DNA of 60,662 bases from an uncultured Clostridia bacterium (GCA_944372435.1 CALVZD010000001.1:1-60662), one strand, 5' to 3'. Shown: positions 43,979-53,369, counted from the first letter of the stretch. Notes: generated by a model from the sequence alone, not told the origin. Translations and numbers: made by a program.

Positions 43979-45334
43979 TCAGTTGACGGTGAAGAGCAGT
44001 TTTGGCTGTTTTTTGTCGCTAGCAAAGCCCTGAATTTCGCCGTCTTGCGATATTTTGAGTGCGACGCCGTATTTTGACAGCGCCATTGCGGCCGCTTTTC
44101 TTCCTCCACCGCTGATAGAGCCAGCTTCGATTTTGAGTATCGCTCCGGCGGTTATGATCGTGCCATCAAAGTCGACGATGGTGGCGCCGTCCATTGCTAT
44201 AATCTCCTCTCTGATCTGTCTGCCGAGTTCATGGAATTTTTTGCCCTGGATGATCTGCTTTAAGCATATCGATTTGAAGTAGCAGTTTTTTGCCAAAAAG
44301 TTTTCAAAATCGTCGCTGTAATATTTTTTCATCTCTTCGGCGTTGTTGATGTTGTAAAGCTTGTCTGCCTCTTCAAGCTGCTGCTCGCGTTTGATGTTGT
44401 AATATTTTTCTTCGATTATGTCGCTTGCGTTGACATGTGAAAGCGCCTGCTCAGCCATGTCGCGATTCAAGTAGACGATTATTCCGCCTGAATATTTGAA
44501 CGAGCAATCGAGAGAGGTCAAATAAATCGCTCTTCGAACTTCACGCAAAGAGTGAGACGAGCGATATGAAAGCAGCTGAATCACCTCTTCGTGGCTGTAA
44601 ATGTTCCACTTTCCTCGCCTTTTTGCAAACATCAAAGTGCGGTTTTTGAAAATGAGCAGGTCGCCGCTTTCAGTGAGCACGATCCCAACTTTGCGGTCGT
44701 TGCAATATCTTGCCACATAGTTAAAATCGTTTGGCGAAGTTGTGGCATAGTTTCTCACCTTGTCAAGCGACACATAGCCGGTCAGATAGCCCTCTCTGTT
44801 GAACTCGACAAATGAGTGCCTGCCGTCTGAAAGCAAAACAAAAAAGTCGGTCGAGATGATGTTGGAATAATGCAGATTTTTTTCGTCTGCGTTTTCGGAA
44901 AGGTTTAAGATGATGCCAAAATCGACGGCTTTGCCCTCGTAGGTGCGATGGCTCCATGTTGTGAGAGCGTTGACAAGCCCAAGCATAACCGAAGATGCCG
45001 AAGACGCCACACTGTCGCAAACCGCCTTTTCCACTGCTTTTTCGTGGAGAGTAAGCTCGTAGGTCGGATCCAAAACTGCCGAGTCATTGATCTGGCTCAG
45101 CTCTTTTAATATGTTTTTTAATAGTGAAATTTCAAATGGTTGAAAAGCCCTGCCGCGTTTGATGATAAATCTGTAATCGGCGGACTTGTTTGGTTTGATC
45201 AAGAGCGAGTTTTGCTTGCCGATTGCAACTTCGGATTCTCTTGCGCTCGACTCCTCTTCACCCAAAAGAATAGATCCGGTGAATAAAGGCAAAATCAATT
45301 TTGTCAGCACAACATAAAACTTTTCTTTCTCCAA
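43979..45334 (-). CDS. divergent DisA_N/DAC (diadenylate cyclase)-fold protein with a large N-terminal region
   Basis: The C-terminus SGGIIVYLNR ... MDGATIVDFDGTIITAGAILKI...GGGRKAAAMALSKYGVALKISQDGEIQGF parallels GALIV ... HDGAVII..AA...GTRHRAA...vvVSEEtG. An upstream segment (GIILN..LLSDGRH..GIVLTESGDLLIF) looks like a degenerate second copy. TTG start. Confidence 0.55.
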   Translation of the reverse strand: MEKEKFYVVLTKLILPLFTGSILLGEEESSARESEVAIGKQNSLLIKPNKSADYRFIIKRGRAFQPFEISLLKNILKELSQINDSAVLDPTYELTLHEKAVEKAVCDSVASSASSVMLGLVNALTTWSHRTYEGKAVDFGIILNLSENADEKNLHYSNIISTDFFVLLSDGRHSFVEFNREGYLTGYVSLDKVRNYATTSPNDFNYVARYCNDRKVGIVLTESGDLLIFKNRTLMFAKRRGKWNIYSHEEVIQLLSYRSSHSLREVRRAIYLTSLDCSFKYSGGIIVYLNRDMAEQALSHVNASDIIEEKYYNIKREQQLEEADKLYNINNAEEMKKYYSDDFENFLAKNCYFKSICLKQIIQGKKFHELGRQIREEIIAMDGATIVDFDGTIITAGAILKIEAGSISGGGRKAAAMALSKYGVALKISQDGEIQGFASDKKQPKLLFTVN

Positions 45335-45386
45335 AGCGCAAAACCCCTTCTAGTTGCATTTTACAATAAAAATAACAAAAAAGCAA

Positions 45387-46103
45387 TCAATTTTCATCTT
45401 TATCATAATAATTTTTTGCCAAATCGCCTTTTATTTCTTCGAGCGCCTTGGCTTCTATGCGAGAAACATAGCTTCGAGATATGCCAAGCTCGTCAGCAAG
45501 CTCCTTTTGCGTGTAGACTTTTTGACCGTTGAGCCCATAGCGTTTTATTATGATCTCTTTTTCCCTGTCGGTCAAACGCAGGTTTATCGCCGAGTTGATC
45601 TTTTCCATGATAAAACTCGATGAAACCGCGTCCTCGACTTCATCTTCGTCGGATTCGAGGATATCCATGAGCAGCACCTCGTTGCCGTCTTTGTCGGAGG
45701 CAAATTTGCTGGAAAGCGAGACGACATCCTTGTGTTTTTTATTGACTCGGATCAGCATCAAAATTTCGTTGTCGATGCACTTTGAGGCGTAAGTTGCGAG
45801 CCCCACGCCTTTTTTGTAGTCAAAGCTGTCGATGGCTTTGATCAGCCCTATCGCGCCCACCGAGATCAGATCGTCGACCTCGATGCTGACAGAACCTGCG
45901 TATTTTTTGACGATATGCGAAACCAGCCTCAAATTGTGGTTGATGAGCCGGCTTCTTGCCTGTTTGTCGCCCTTTTCGCGATAGCGGAGCAGCAATTCCT
46001 GCTCCTTTTCTTTGGTCAGAGGTTTTGGAAACCCCTCGCAGCTGTTGATAAACGCAGTAAAACATCTTAGTTTAGACAAAAAAAACGGCAAACTTTCAAA
46101 CAC
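45387..46103 (-). CDS. sigK: sporulation sigma factor SigK (pro-sigma-K), uninterrupted
   Basis: FPKPLTKEKEQELLLRYREKGDKQARSRLINHNLRLVSHIVKKY, LISVGAIGLIKAIDSF and KCIDNEILMLIR. GTG start with an AAAGGAGAAA SD. Confidence 0.8.
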   Translation of the reverse strand: MFESLPFFLSKLRCFTAFINSCEGFPKPLTKEKEQELLLRYREKGDKQARSRLINHNLRLVSHIVKKYAGSVSIEVDDLISVGAIGLIKAIDSFDYKKGVGLATYASKCIDNEILMLIRVNKKHKDVVSLSSKFASDKDGNEVLLMDILESDEDEVEDAVSSSFIMEKINSAINLRLTDREKEIIIKRYGLNGQKVYTQKELADELGISRSYVSRIEAKALEEIKGDLAKNYYDKDEN

Positions 46104-46170
46104 AAAATTTCTCCTTTTAGAGAAATGTATATGTCGAATTTTACCGAATTTTGCTTGGACATATAAATTA

Positions 46171-46716
46171 TTAAATCATTTTAAATATGTTAATTACAGT
46201 TTTCTTTTTTCGGCAGGCATATTCATAAGCGAGTCTTGTGCCGCTTGTTGGCCTATATAATGTTAAACATCGTTTCGCATATTGTCTTAAATTTGGAGAA
46301 TAGTTTTCATTATAATAAAAAACGCAAATATCACTGTCATCAATCATAGCAAAATTTCGTTCCACATAACCTGCTTTTCCTGCTGAGTATTTTTTTGAAT
46401 GTTCGTATTCTTCCTCAAAACCCATAAATTCACTTTCAACTTTTGAAATTTCTCTAAATTGTTTTTGTAGTAATTCGCGCTCTTTTTCTAACACACAAAA
46501 CTCAGATTTTGAAGTGTAAAATATTCGTTTTATATTATGTTTAGGCATTAAGCTTGTTACGACGATATGACACAAAGTATTAAAATCACTCTTACTACCA
46601 AAGATAAAAGTATCAACAAAATAATTGTCAATTAATGTTTTGACTACACTATAAAGTTTTTCTTTTACTACTTTGTGTTCATCTATTTTCCTGTGGCCAA
46701 TAAAGCATACTTTCAT
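46171..46716 (-). CDS. SLOG-superfamily protein (DUF1273/YpsA-like)
   Basis: MKVCFIGHRK..FIFGSKSDFNT..VERNFAMIDDSDICVFYY parallels YpsA (MKVLAITGYK..ISGQLG..NQFFIDKSDGLLLLY). Confidence 0.6.
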   Translation of the reverse strand: MKVCFIGHRKIDEHKVVKEKLYSVVKTLIDNYFVDTFIFGSKSDFNTLCHIVVTSLMPKHNIKRIFYTSKSEFCVLEKERELLQKQFREISKVESEFMGFEEEYEHSKKYSAGKAGYVERNFAMIDDSDICVFYYNENYSPNLRQYAKRCLTLYRPTSGTRLAYEYACRKKKTVINIFKMI

Positions 46717-46863
46717 ATTATTTTCCTATGGTTATATATAACCATTGATATTATACATTAAAATTTTTTAATCTCAAAACAAAATATAGGATATAGTTAC
46801 ACATAACCATAATAATTTGTTTTAAATTTCTATAATATGGCTATACATAGTTATGAGGTAGCA
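46717..46863. promoter_or_regulatory. divergent promoter/operator region between the SLOG and XRE genes
   Basis: An 18-bp perfect palindrome ATGGTTATATATAACCAT (46728-46745) lies between the SLOG -10 box (TATAAT, 46755-46750) and its SD. Related half-sites are ATAACCAT (46803-46810) and ATGGCTAT (46837-46844). The plus-strand TATAAT is at 46831-46836. Confidence 0.6.
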
Positions 46864-47106
46864 ATGAACTCAGTTTGCAGAGCGGTCGCTCTTAGAATTT
46901 CAGAGTTGTTAAAGCAAAAAGGCATGACGCAATACAGGCTTGCCATGAACAGCGGTATAACTCATTCGACTTTGAAAAATATAATGCACGAAACGATAAA
47001 AGACAGTTTGCTTTCCACAGTCATACTGATTGCTAGCGGTTTTGATATGACTGTCAGTGAATTTTTGGATAGTCCTTTGTTTTTGGAAGAAAATTTGAAT
47101 ATTTAA
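46864..47106 (+). CDS. XRE-family helix-turn-helix transcriptional regulator
   Basis: Trimmed to MNSVCRAVALRISELLKQKGMTQYRLAMNSGITHSTLKNI with a GAGG SD. Confidence 0.8.
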   Translation: MNSVCRAVALRISELLKQKGMTQYRLAMNSGITHSTLKNIMHETIKDSLLSTVILIASGFDMTVSEFLDSPLFLEENLNI

Positions 47107-47135
47107 AAAAATAGGCTCTTTTAGCCTATTTTTTA
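47105..47135. terminator. bidirectional terminator shared by the XRE gene and ftsY
   Basis: AAAAAA-ATAGGCT-ctttt-AGCCTAT-TTTTTT. Confidence 0.8.
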
Positions 47136-48029
47136 AAACAATTCATCCACAAACTCTTTGGCGTTGAATTCTTCTAAGTCGTCGATGCCCTCACCTGTGC
47201 CGATGAAAACAACCGGTTTTTTAAGGTCTCGTTCGATTGCAACCACAACTCCGCCTTTGGCTGTGCCGTCAAGTTTTGTCAGGATTATGCCGTCAACCGG
47301 GATGCTTTCGTTAAAAGCGCTGATTTGATTGACTGCGTTCTGCCCTGTGGTTGCATCCAGCACGATGAAAGTCAGTTTTTGCGCCTCTGGATATTCTCTG
47401 GCAGTCACCTTGCCTATCTTTTTGAGCTCTTCCATAAGGTTGGTTTTTGTGTGGAGCCTGCCGGCAGTGTCAACGATAAGCACATCGGTTTTTTTGGCTT
47501 TTGCGCTGGCTATGCCGTCATATACAACCGCAGCAGCATCTGCGCCCTCGGCGTGCTTGATGATTCTGGTTTTTGAGCGCTCTGCCCACATCGAAAGCTG
47601 TTCGCTCGCAGCTGCCCTGAAAGTGTCTGCTGCAACAAGCGTGACAGATTTTTTTTGATTTTGAAAATATTTGGCAAGCTTTCCGATCGTTGTGGTTTTT
47701 CCCACGCCGTTGACACCGATTATTGTTATGACAACCGGATACGTCAGCTCGATTTTTGGCGCGCTTTCAAGCTGCTCAGAGAGTATAGTTTTGAGAGCTG
47801 CTTTGACTTCGCTGGCCGTTCTGATTTTGTTTTTGCGAGCATAGAGCCTGAGCTCATCGACGATCTCCATTGAAGGTTTTACGCCCAAGTCGCAGGAGAT
47901 CAAAATATCCGTTAGATCGTCAAAAAAGTCGTCATCCAGCTCGCCGTGCGAAAGCAGAGCGTCTATCTTTCGCGAAAACGCCTCTCTGGTTTTTTTGAGA
48001 GCCTCTTTAATTTTTTTGAAAAATCCCAT
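47133..48029 (-). CDS. ftsY: signal recognition particle receptor FtsY
   Basis: GVNGVGKTTTIGKLA, DTAGRL and TKLDGTAKGG. Confidence 0.95.
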   Translation of the reverse strand: MGFFKKIKEALKKTREAFSRKIDALLSHGELDDDFFDDLTDILISCDLGVKPSMEIVDELRLYARKNKIRTASEVKAALKTILSEQLESAPKIELTYPVVITIIGVNGVGKTTTIGKLAKYFQNQKKSVTLVAADTFRAAASEQLSMWAERSKTRIIKHAEGADAAAVVYDGIASAKAKKTDVLIVDTAGRLHTKTNLMEELKKIGKVTAREYPEAQKLTFIVLDATTGQNAVNQISAFNESIPVDGIILTKLDGTAKGGVVVAIERDLKKPVVFIGTGEGIDDLEEFNAKEFVDELF

Positions 48030-48040
48030 AGTTTGCTCCT

Positions 48041-51000
48041 TTAAGCGGATTCGTCAAGCTTTATTGCGTCGGAAAGTTTGACAGAAACCACCTTTGACAC
48101 CCCTTTTTCTTCCATCGTCACGCCAAAGAGTGAGTCGGCATACTCCATCGTCGGCTTTTTGTGCGTGATGAGGATGAACTGAGTTTCATCCGAAAGCTTT
48201 TTGAGATATTTGTCGACAATTTCGACATTAGAGTCGTCAAGCGCAGCCTCAACCTCATCGAAAAGGCAGAACGGAAGAGGCTTGATCCTGAGGATAGCAA
48301 AGATGATGGCCATCGCAGTGAGCGACTTTTCTCCACCAGAATAAAGCGACATATTTTGAATTTTCTTGCCAGGAGGCTGAACGAACACCTCGACTCCGGA
48401 TTCGAGCGGATGCTCTGGGTCGACGAGTTCGAGCTTGGCATTTCCGCCGCCGAACAGCTCACGGAAGGTGATTTTGAAGCTTTCGTTGATTTTTTCGAGC
48501 TCGCTTGTAAACTTTTCGATCATGATCTCTGACAAATCTTTGATAATCTTTGTCAAGTCATCCTCAGCCTTTTTGAGGTCGTCAGACTGCGCCGAAAGCA
48601 GGTTGTATCTTTCAAGCAGCGCCGAGCAATCCTCGATGGCGTTGACATTGATCGGACCGAGAGCCGAGATTGAGCGCTTGATATGCGCGATTTCTGGCAT
48701 CGCGGTTTTTATGTCAAAGTCAGGGCGTTTTAAGCCTAAGCAGTCGTTGTAGGAAAGCGAATACTCTTCAAATATGCGCTCTTGCATAACTTCGATGTCT
48801 TGATCGACTTTTGTCAGGTTCATCTCCTCGCGATATTTGCGGTCGTTGATGCGATTTAGTTCTTCCATAAGGCTGGTCTTTTTGGCGTCAAGATTGCGGA
48901 TGAGAGCAGAGAGCTGAATTTTTTCTTCCTCGGTTTTCTTTTGCTTTTGTGAAAGGCTGTCAAGTTCTTCCTTCGCTTGGCTTCGTGGAGCGCTTGCGAG
49001 GCGGGTTTTTATGAGCTCTTCTGCCGACTCAATAAATGCCTCGTTGTCTTCAAGATGCGCTTTCAGCAGCCTTATGTTTTCGTTCTGCGCGCCTATTTCG
49101 TTTGCAAGGCGGATGGTTTCAGCTTTCAAGTTTTCGATTTGAGTTTTGGTTGATGCGATTTCAACTTTGACGGTCGTCAAGTTTGCACTCAACTCCTCCC
49201 TTTGCTTTCGCAACTTTTCGGTTTGCGCGCGTTTGTTTTCAACAAGCGTGCTAGCATCAGTTTCGTTGCCAGAGAGAGCGGATTTGAGGAGCGCCGATTT
49301 TTCATACTCCTCGCTGACGAGCTTGAGTTTGTTTGAAATCGTCTCTTTTTCCATCTCCTGCACTTTCAAAGTGTCGGAGGTTTCTGAGACTGCGCTTTCA
49401 AGCGCTTCGAGTTTTGCTTGGGCTGAGGTCAGCTGAACGGAAAGCTCGCTTTTTCGATCGATGAGCTTTTGCGTTCGCTCTTTTGCCGCATTGGTTTCTG
49501 CAACGAGAGAAAGCTTTTCACTTTCGGCGTTTTGCAAGAAATTTTTGAGTTTTTCAATCTCTTTTTTAAGGGTTTCGATTTCGCGCTCGCGGCTCATTAT
49601 GCCAACCGCCTCGCTCTTTTTGCTGCCGCCTGTGATTGAGCCCTGAGGATTTATCACATCGCCTTCGAGTGAGACAATTTTAAAAGCATAGCCGCTTGCT
49701 TTTGACATCTGGATAGCGTCAACGAGTTTTTCGACGATTATAGTGCCTCCAAGCAAGCCAGAGACGACATTTTCGATTTTGTTGTCATATGAAATAAGCT
49801 CGCTTGCAACGCCGATATAGCCTTTCATGTTTTTGATTGGGCTTGGATTGACACTGCGCCTTTTCATAGAGGATATCGGCAAAAAGGTCGCTCTGCCAAA
49901 GTGGTTTTGTTTGAGATATTCGACAAGCTCTTTTGCGCCGTTTTCGTCGAAGGTGACGATGTTCTGCACGCTGGATCCAAGCGCCACTTCGATTGCGGTT
50001 TCGTATTTTTCTGGCACTTTTATAAGCGAAGCGACGACGCCGACGATATTTTTTGAAAGTGCCGACGAGGTTGTTGAGAGCTTCAATAGCTTTTTGACCG
50101 CATAGTTGTAGCCTTCAAACTCTGCCTGCATTTCTGAAAGCAGTTTCAGTCTGTTTTCAAACACTTTGAGTTCGGTCGCTTTGTTTTGGCGATCGTTTTC
50201 GAACTCCTGCAAGCGGCTTGTCAGCAGCGCGAGCTTTGCAGCTGCCTCGCCATGCTCTTTTTCGGTCGCAGAAAGCGCGCCGCTTGTTTGGCTGAGCAAA
50301 GCTGAAAGCTGGGTTTTGTTTTGCTGCTGCTCTGAGAGCTTTTGCTTGGTTTCGGCGATCTGATTTTCGATGGTTTGAAAGTTTGTCGTCAAAAGCTCTT
50401 TTTCAGTTCCAAACTTTGAAAGCGAGCTTTTTGCATCAGAAAGCGAACCGAGAGTTTCGATAAATTTTTGTTGCGACTGGCTGGTTTGAGCCTCGTTGAA
50501 CTCGATCTCTTGCGCCGCCTGATGATATTTTTGTGAAAGGTCGTCAAAGGCTTGTTCGAGCGAAGAAAGCTTGTTTTCAAGTTCGAGCTTTTCTGCCTCT
50601 TTTTTGGTTTTTTGCTCGCTTGCAGCCTCCAAAAGCTTTTGCGCGTTTGTCATGTCGAGATTCAGGCGATCGTTTTCTTTTTGCGTGAAGAGGATCCTCT
50701 CTCTTGCCACCTTGGTTTCGCCCTCCTGCTTTTCGAGGTTGACGGTCAGTTCCAAAATTCGCGCGTTGAGTTTTGAGAGAGTTGAATCGAAGTTGTCGAG
50801 CCTTTTCATCGCTTCGTTATATTGCTCTGTGGCCTCGTTCATTTCGCCATCGCGCAGAGCAAGCTCCTCCATGATCGCGTTGAGCTTGACCCTGATCTTT
50901 TCTTTGAAGTCGTTTGCGTTTTCATACTGATAGATGTAGGCATTGACTTCCAAATCTTTTAGCTGGGCTTTGAATTCCAGATATTTTTTGGCGTTTTCTG

Positions 51001-51625
51001 CCTGTTTTTTAAGTGGCCCCATCTGCCTTTCGATTTCCAGCAAAATGTCGCCCACTCTCGCCAAGTTTTGCCTAGCGTTTTCAAGTTTGCGCTCGGCGTC
51101 GGTTTTGTCTTTTTTGTATTTGGCGATTCCTGCGGCATCTTCAAACATACTGCGCCTGTTTTCTGGCTTGGATTCGACGATTTCCGTCACCTTGCCCTGC
51201 CCAATGATCGAATATCCGCTTTTGCCGAGCCCTGAGTTATATAGCAGGTTTGTGATATCACGAAGCAGACAAGTGTTGCGGTTGATGAGATATTCGCTTT
51301 CGCCCGAGCGATAGAGCTTTCTTGTTATGATGAGCTCGTCATAGTCGAAGTCAAAGTAGCGAGTGGAGTTGTCAAAATGCAGCGACACTTCGCAATACGA
51401 AAGGCTTTTGCGTTTTTCGGTGCCGTTGAAAATGACATCCTGCATGCTGTCAGCACGAAGATCTTTGACCTTTTGCTCACCGAGCACCCATCGGATAGCA
51501 TCTGCTACATTACTCTTTCCGCAGCCGTTTGGGCCGACGATTGCAGTGAAGCCGTCGTTAAACTCAATCACCGTTTTGTCGGCGAAAGATTTGAATCCTG
51601 ACATTTCTATCTTTTTTAGTATCAT
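48041..51625 (-). CDS. smc: chromosome segregation protein SMC
   Basis: GPNGCGKSN Walker A, long coiled coils, a hinge, then SGGEKSLTAMAIIFA and CLFDEVEAALD. Confidence 0.96.
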   Translation of the reverse strand: MILKKIEMSGFKSFADKTVIEFNDGFTAIVGPNGCGKSNVADAIRWVLGEQKVKDLRADSMQDVIFNGTEKRKSLSYCEVSLHFDNSTRYFDFDYDELIITRKLYRSGESEYLINRNTCLLRDITNLLYNSGLGKSGYSIIGQGKVTEIVESKPENRRSMFEDAAGIAKYKKDKTDAERKLENARQNLARVGDILLEIERQMGPLKKQAENAKKYLEFKAQLKDLEVNAYIYQYENANDFKEKIRVKLNAIMEELALRDGEMNEATEQYNEAMKRLDNFDSTLSKLNARILELTVNLEKQEGETKVARERILFTQKENDRLNLDMTNAQKLLEAASEQKTKKEAEKLELENKLSSLEQAFDDLSQKYHQAAQEIEFNEAQTSQSQQKFIETLGSLSDAKSSLSKFGTEKELLTTNFQTIENQIAETKQKLSEQQQNKTQLSALLSQTSGALSATEKEHGEAAAKLALLTSRLQEFENDRQNKATELKVFENRLKLLSEMQAEFEGYNYAVKKLLKLSTTSSALSKNIVGVVASLIKVPEKYETAIEVALGSSVQNIVTFDENGAKELVEYLKQNHFGRATFLPISSMKRRSVNPSPIKNMKGYIGVASELISYDNKIENVVSGLLGGTIIVEKLVDAIQMSKASGYAFKIVSLEGDVINPQGSITGGSKKSEAVGIMSREREIETLKKEIEKLKNFLQNAESEKLSLVAETNAAKERTQKLIDRKSELSVQLTSAQAKLEALESAVSETSDTLKVQEMEKETISNKLKLVSEEYEKSALLKSALSGNETDASTLVENKRAQTEKLRKQREELSANLTTVKVEIASTKTQIENLKAETIRLANEIGAQNENIRLLKAHLEDNEAFIESAEELIKTRLASAPRSQAKEELDSLSQKQKKTEEEKIQLSALIRNLDAKKTSLMEELNRINDRKYREEMNLTKVDQDIEVMQERIFEEYSLSYNDCLGLKRPDFDIKTAMPEIAHIKRSISALGPINVNAIEDCSALLERYNLLSAQSDDLKKAEDDLTKIIKDLSEIMIEKFTSELEKINESFKITFRELFGGGNAKLELVDPEHPLESGVEVFVQPPGKKIQNMSLYSGGEKSLTAMAIIFAILRIKPLPFCLFDEVEAALDDSNVEIVDKYLKKLSDETQFILITHKKPTMEYADSLFGVTMEEKGVSKVVSVKLSDAIKLDESA

Positions 51626-51637
51626 GCTTTTTTCCTT

Positions 51638-52258
51638 TTAAACTTTGAAGAGCTTTTGTATCGCGAGTTTTGCGCAAGCCTGTTCTGCCGAAAGCTTGTC
51701 CTTGCCAAAAGCGGTGCTGATTTTGTCTTCGTCCATATAAAAACTTGCCTCAAAGCCGCCCTCGACCTTTTCTGTGACATACTTTATTGCGCACTTGAAC
51801 CCTGCCTGAACAAGCTCTTGCAGCTTGCTTTTGTAGTTGTCATCCTGAACTGTGCGGAAAGATTTTAAATTGAAATGCTTTTTGATAAAGCCCCTTGCAG
51901 CGCTCAGACCGCCGTCGAGATAAACAGCAGCGATGATCGCTTCGATTATATCGGCCTTGACAGCTTTTGAGACCGAGTTTTTCATGCTTTTGCCAAGCAG
52001 AATATCCTCGCCTAGTCTCAGCGAATCGAAGATCGTTGAAAGATAGTTTTCCGACACAAAATGGCTGCGCATCACTGTGAGATAGCCCTCATCTTTGTCG
52101 GAATGCTTGAAGAGATATTCACCGACCAAAAAGTCCAAGATGCTATCGCCCAAAAACTCGAGTCTTTCATAGTTTTCAGCCGATTTGGAGGAGTGAGTCA
52201 AAGCGCGTGAAAGCAGAGCTTTGTCTTTAAATTTGTAGCACAGTTTTTCCTCAATCAT
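51638..52258 (-). CDS. rnc: ribonuclease III
   Basis: ERLEFLGDSILDF plus a C-terminal dsRBD. Confidence 0.93.
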   Translation of the reverse strand: MIEEKLCYKFKDKALLSRALTHSSKSAENYERLEFLGDSILDFLVGEYLFKHSDKDEGYLTVMRSHFVSENYLSTIFDSLRLGEDILLGKSMKNSVSKAVKADIIEAIIAAVYLDGGLSAARGFIKKHFNLKSFRTVQDDNYKSKLQELVQAGFKCAIKYVTEKVEGGFEASFYMDEDKISTAFGKDKLSAEQACAKLAIQKLFKV

Positions 52259-53262
52259 TGCCCTACCTTTTCTGCCAGAGCAGCCTCTATTTTTGGAATG
52301 AGTTTGTTGTTGTGCAAAAGGATCGCTTGATCGATGGAGGATGCGATGTTATCCCTGCCCGACGAGCCGTGGTTTTTCATAACCAGCTTCTTCACGCCCA
52401 AAAATGGCGAGCCGCCGTGCTTTGACAGCACATCAATTCTGCCTTTGAGCTCTTTGAAAGTTTTGCTCATAAAGAGCGCGCCGATTTTTGAAGAAAGATG
52501 CGATTTGATTGAGGATTTGAGGAGTGAAAGCACTGCCCCCACAGCGCCCTCAGAGGCCTTTAAAAGCACGTTTCCTGCAAAGCCCTCGGCGACCATGACG
52601 TCGATATCGCCAGACATATATTCTCTTGCCTCAACGTTACCAACAAAATTGAGCGAGCTTTCCTTTAAAAGCTTGTATGCCTCGCGCGTTAGGTCGTTGC
52701 CCTTGTGCTCCTCGACACCAATGTTGAGCAGCCCTACTTTTGGCGATGGCTCGCTGTATAAAATCGAGTAGTATGCCGAAGCCATGAGCGCGAAGTGATA
52801 GAGGTTGATTGGTTTGCAATCGATGTTTGCTCCGCTGTCGCAAAGCAGAACATCCTTGCCTGATTTTTTTGTTGGCAAAACAGGAGCGAGAGCCGGCCTA
52901 GTTATGCCCTTAATTCTGCCGATTTTCATGATCGCGCCCGTCAAAATTGCACCTGTGGAGCCTGCTGAGACGAGAGCGATTGTCTCCTCGTCATTTTTTA
53001 AAATGTCAAAAGCTCTGACGAGAGAGGAGTCATCCATCTTTCGAATTGCCTCGGTTGGAACGTCGTCATTTGTGATGACCGACGGAGCGTGCTCGATTGT
53101 TATTTTTCCCTCACCTCTTCCTGCGATAAGTTTTTCTAGCCTATCCTTGTCACCGGTGAGAATAACCTCAAGATCCTTGTGTTTTTCAAGCGCGATTATC
53201 ACGCCTTCAACAATTTCCTCTGGCGCCTTGTCGCCGCCAAATCCGTCAACAACAATTTTCAT
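52255..53262 (-). CDS. plsX: phosphate acyltransferase PlsX
   Basis: Trimmed to MKIVVDGFGGDKAPEEIV with a GAGG SD. Its stop overlaps the rnc start. Confidence 0.93.
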   Translation of the reverse strand: MKIVVDGFGGDKAPEEIVEGVIIALEKHKDLEVILTGDKDRLEKLIAGRGEGKITIEHAPSVITNDDVPTEAIRKMDDSSLVRAFDILKNDEETIALVSAGSTGAILTGAIMKIGRIKGITRPALAPVLPTKKSGKDVLLCDSGANIDCKPINLYHFALMASAYYSILYSEPSPKVGLLNIGVEEHKGNDLTREAYKLLKESSLNFVGNVEAREYMSGDIDVMVAEGFAGNVLLKASEGAVGAVLSLLKSSIKSHLSSKIGALFMSKTFKELKGRIDVLSKHGGSPFLGVKKLVMKNHGSSGRDNIASSIDQAILLHNNKLIPKIEAALAEKVGQ

Positions 53263-53369
53263 TTTAACCTCACTGAAATTTGTATGAAAATAGTATAAAT
53301 AAAATATAAAAATAAGTAAAGCGATTTTAAGCAAAAATCTTTTTTTGAAAGCGCTTGTCTTTTAGACAT

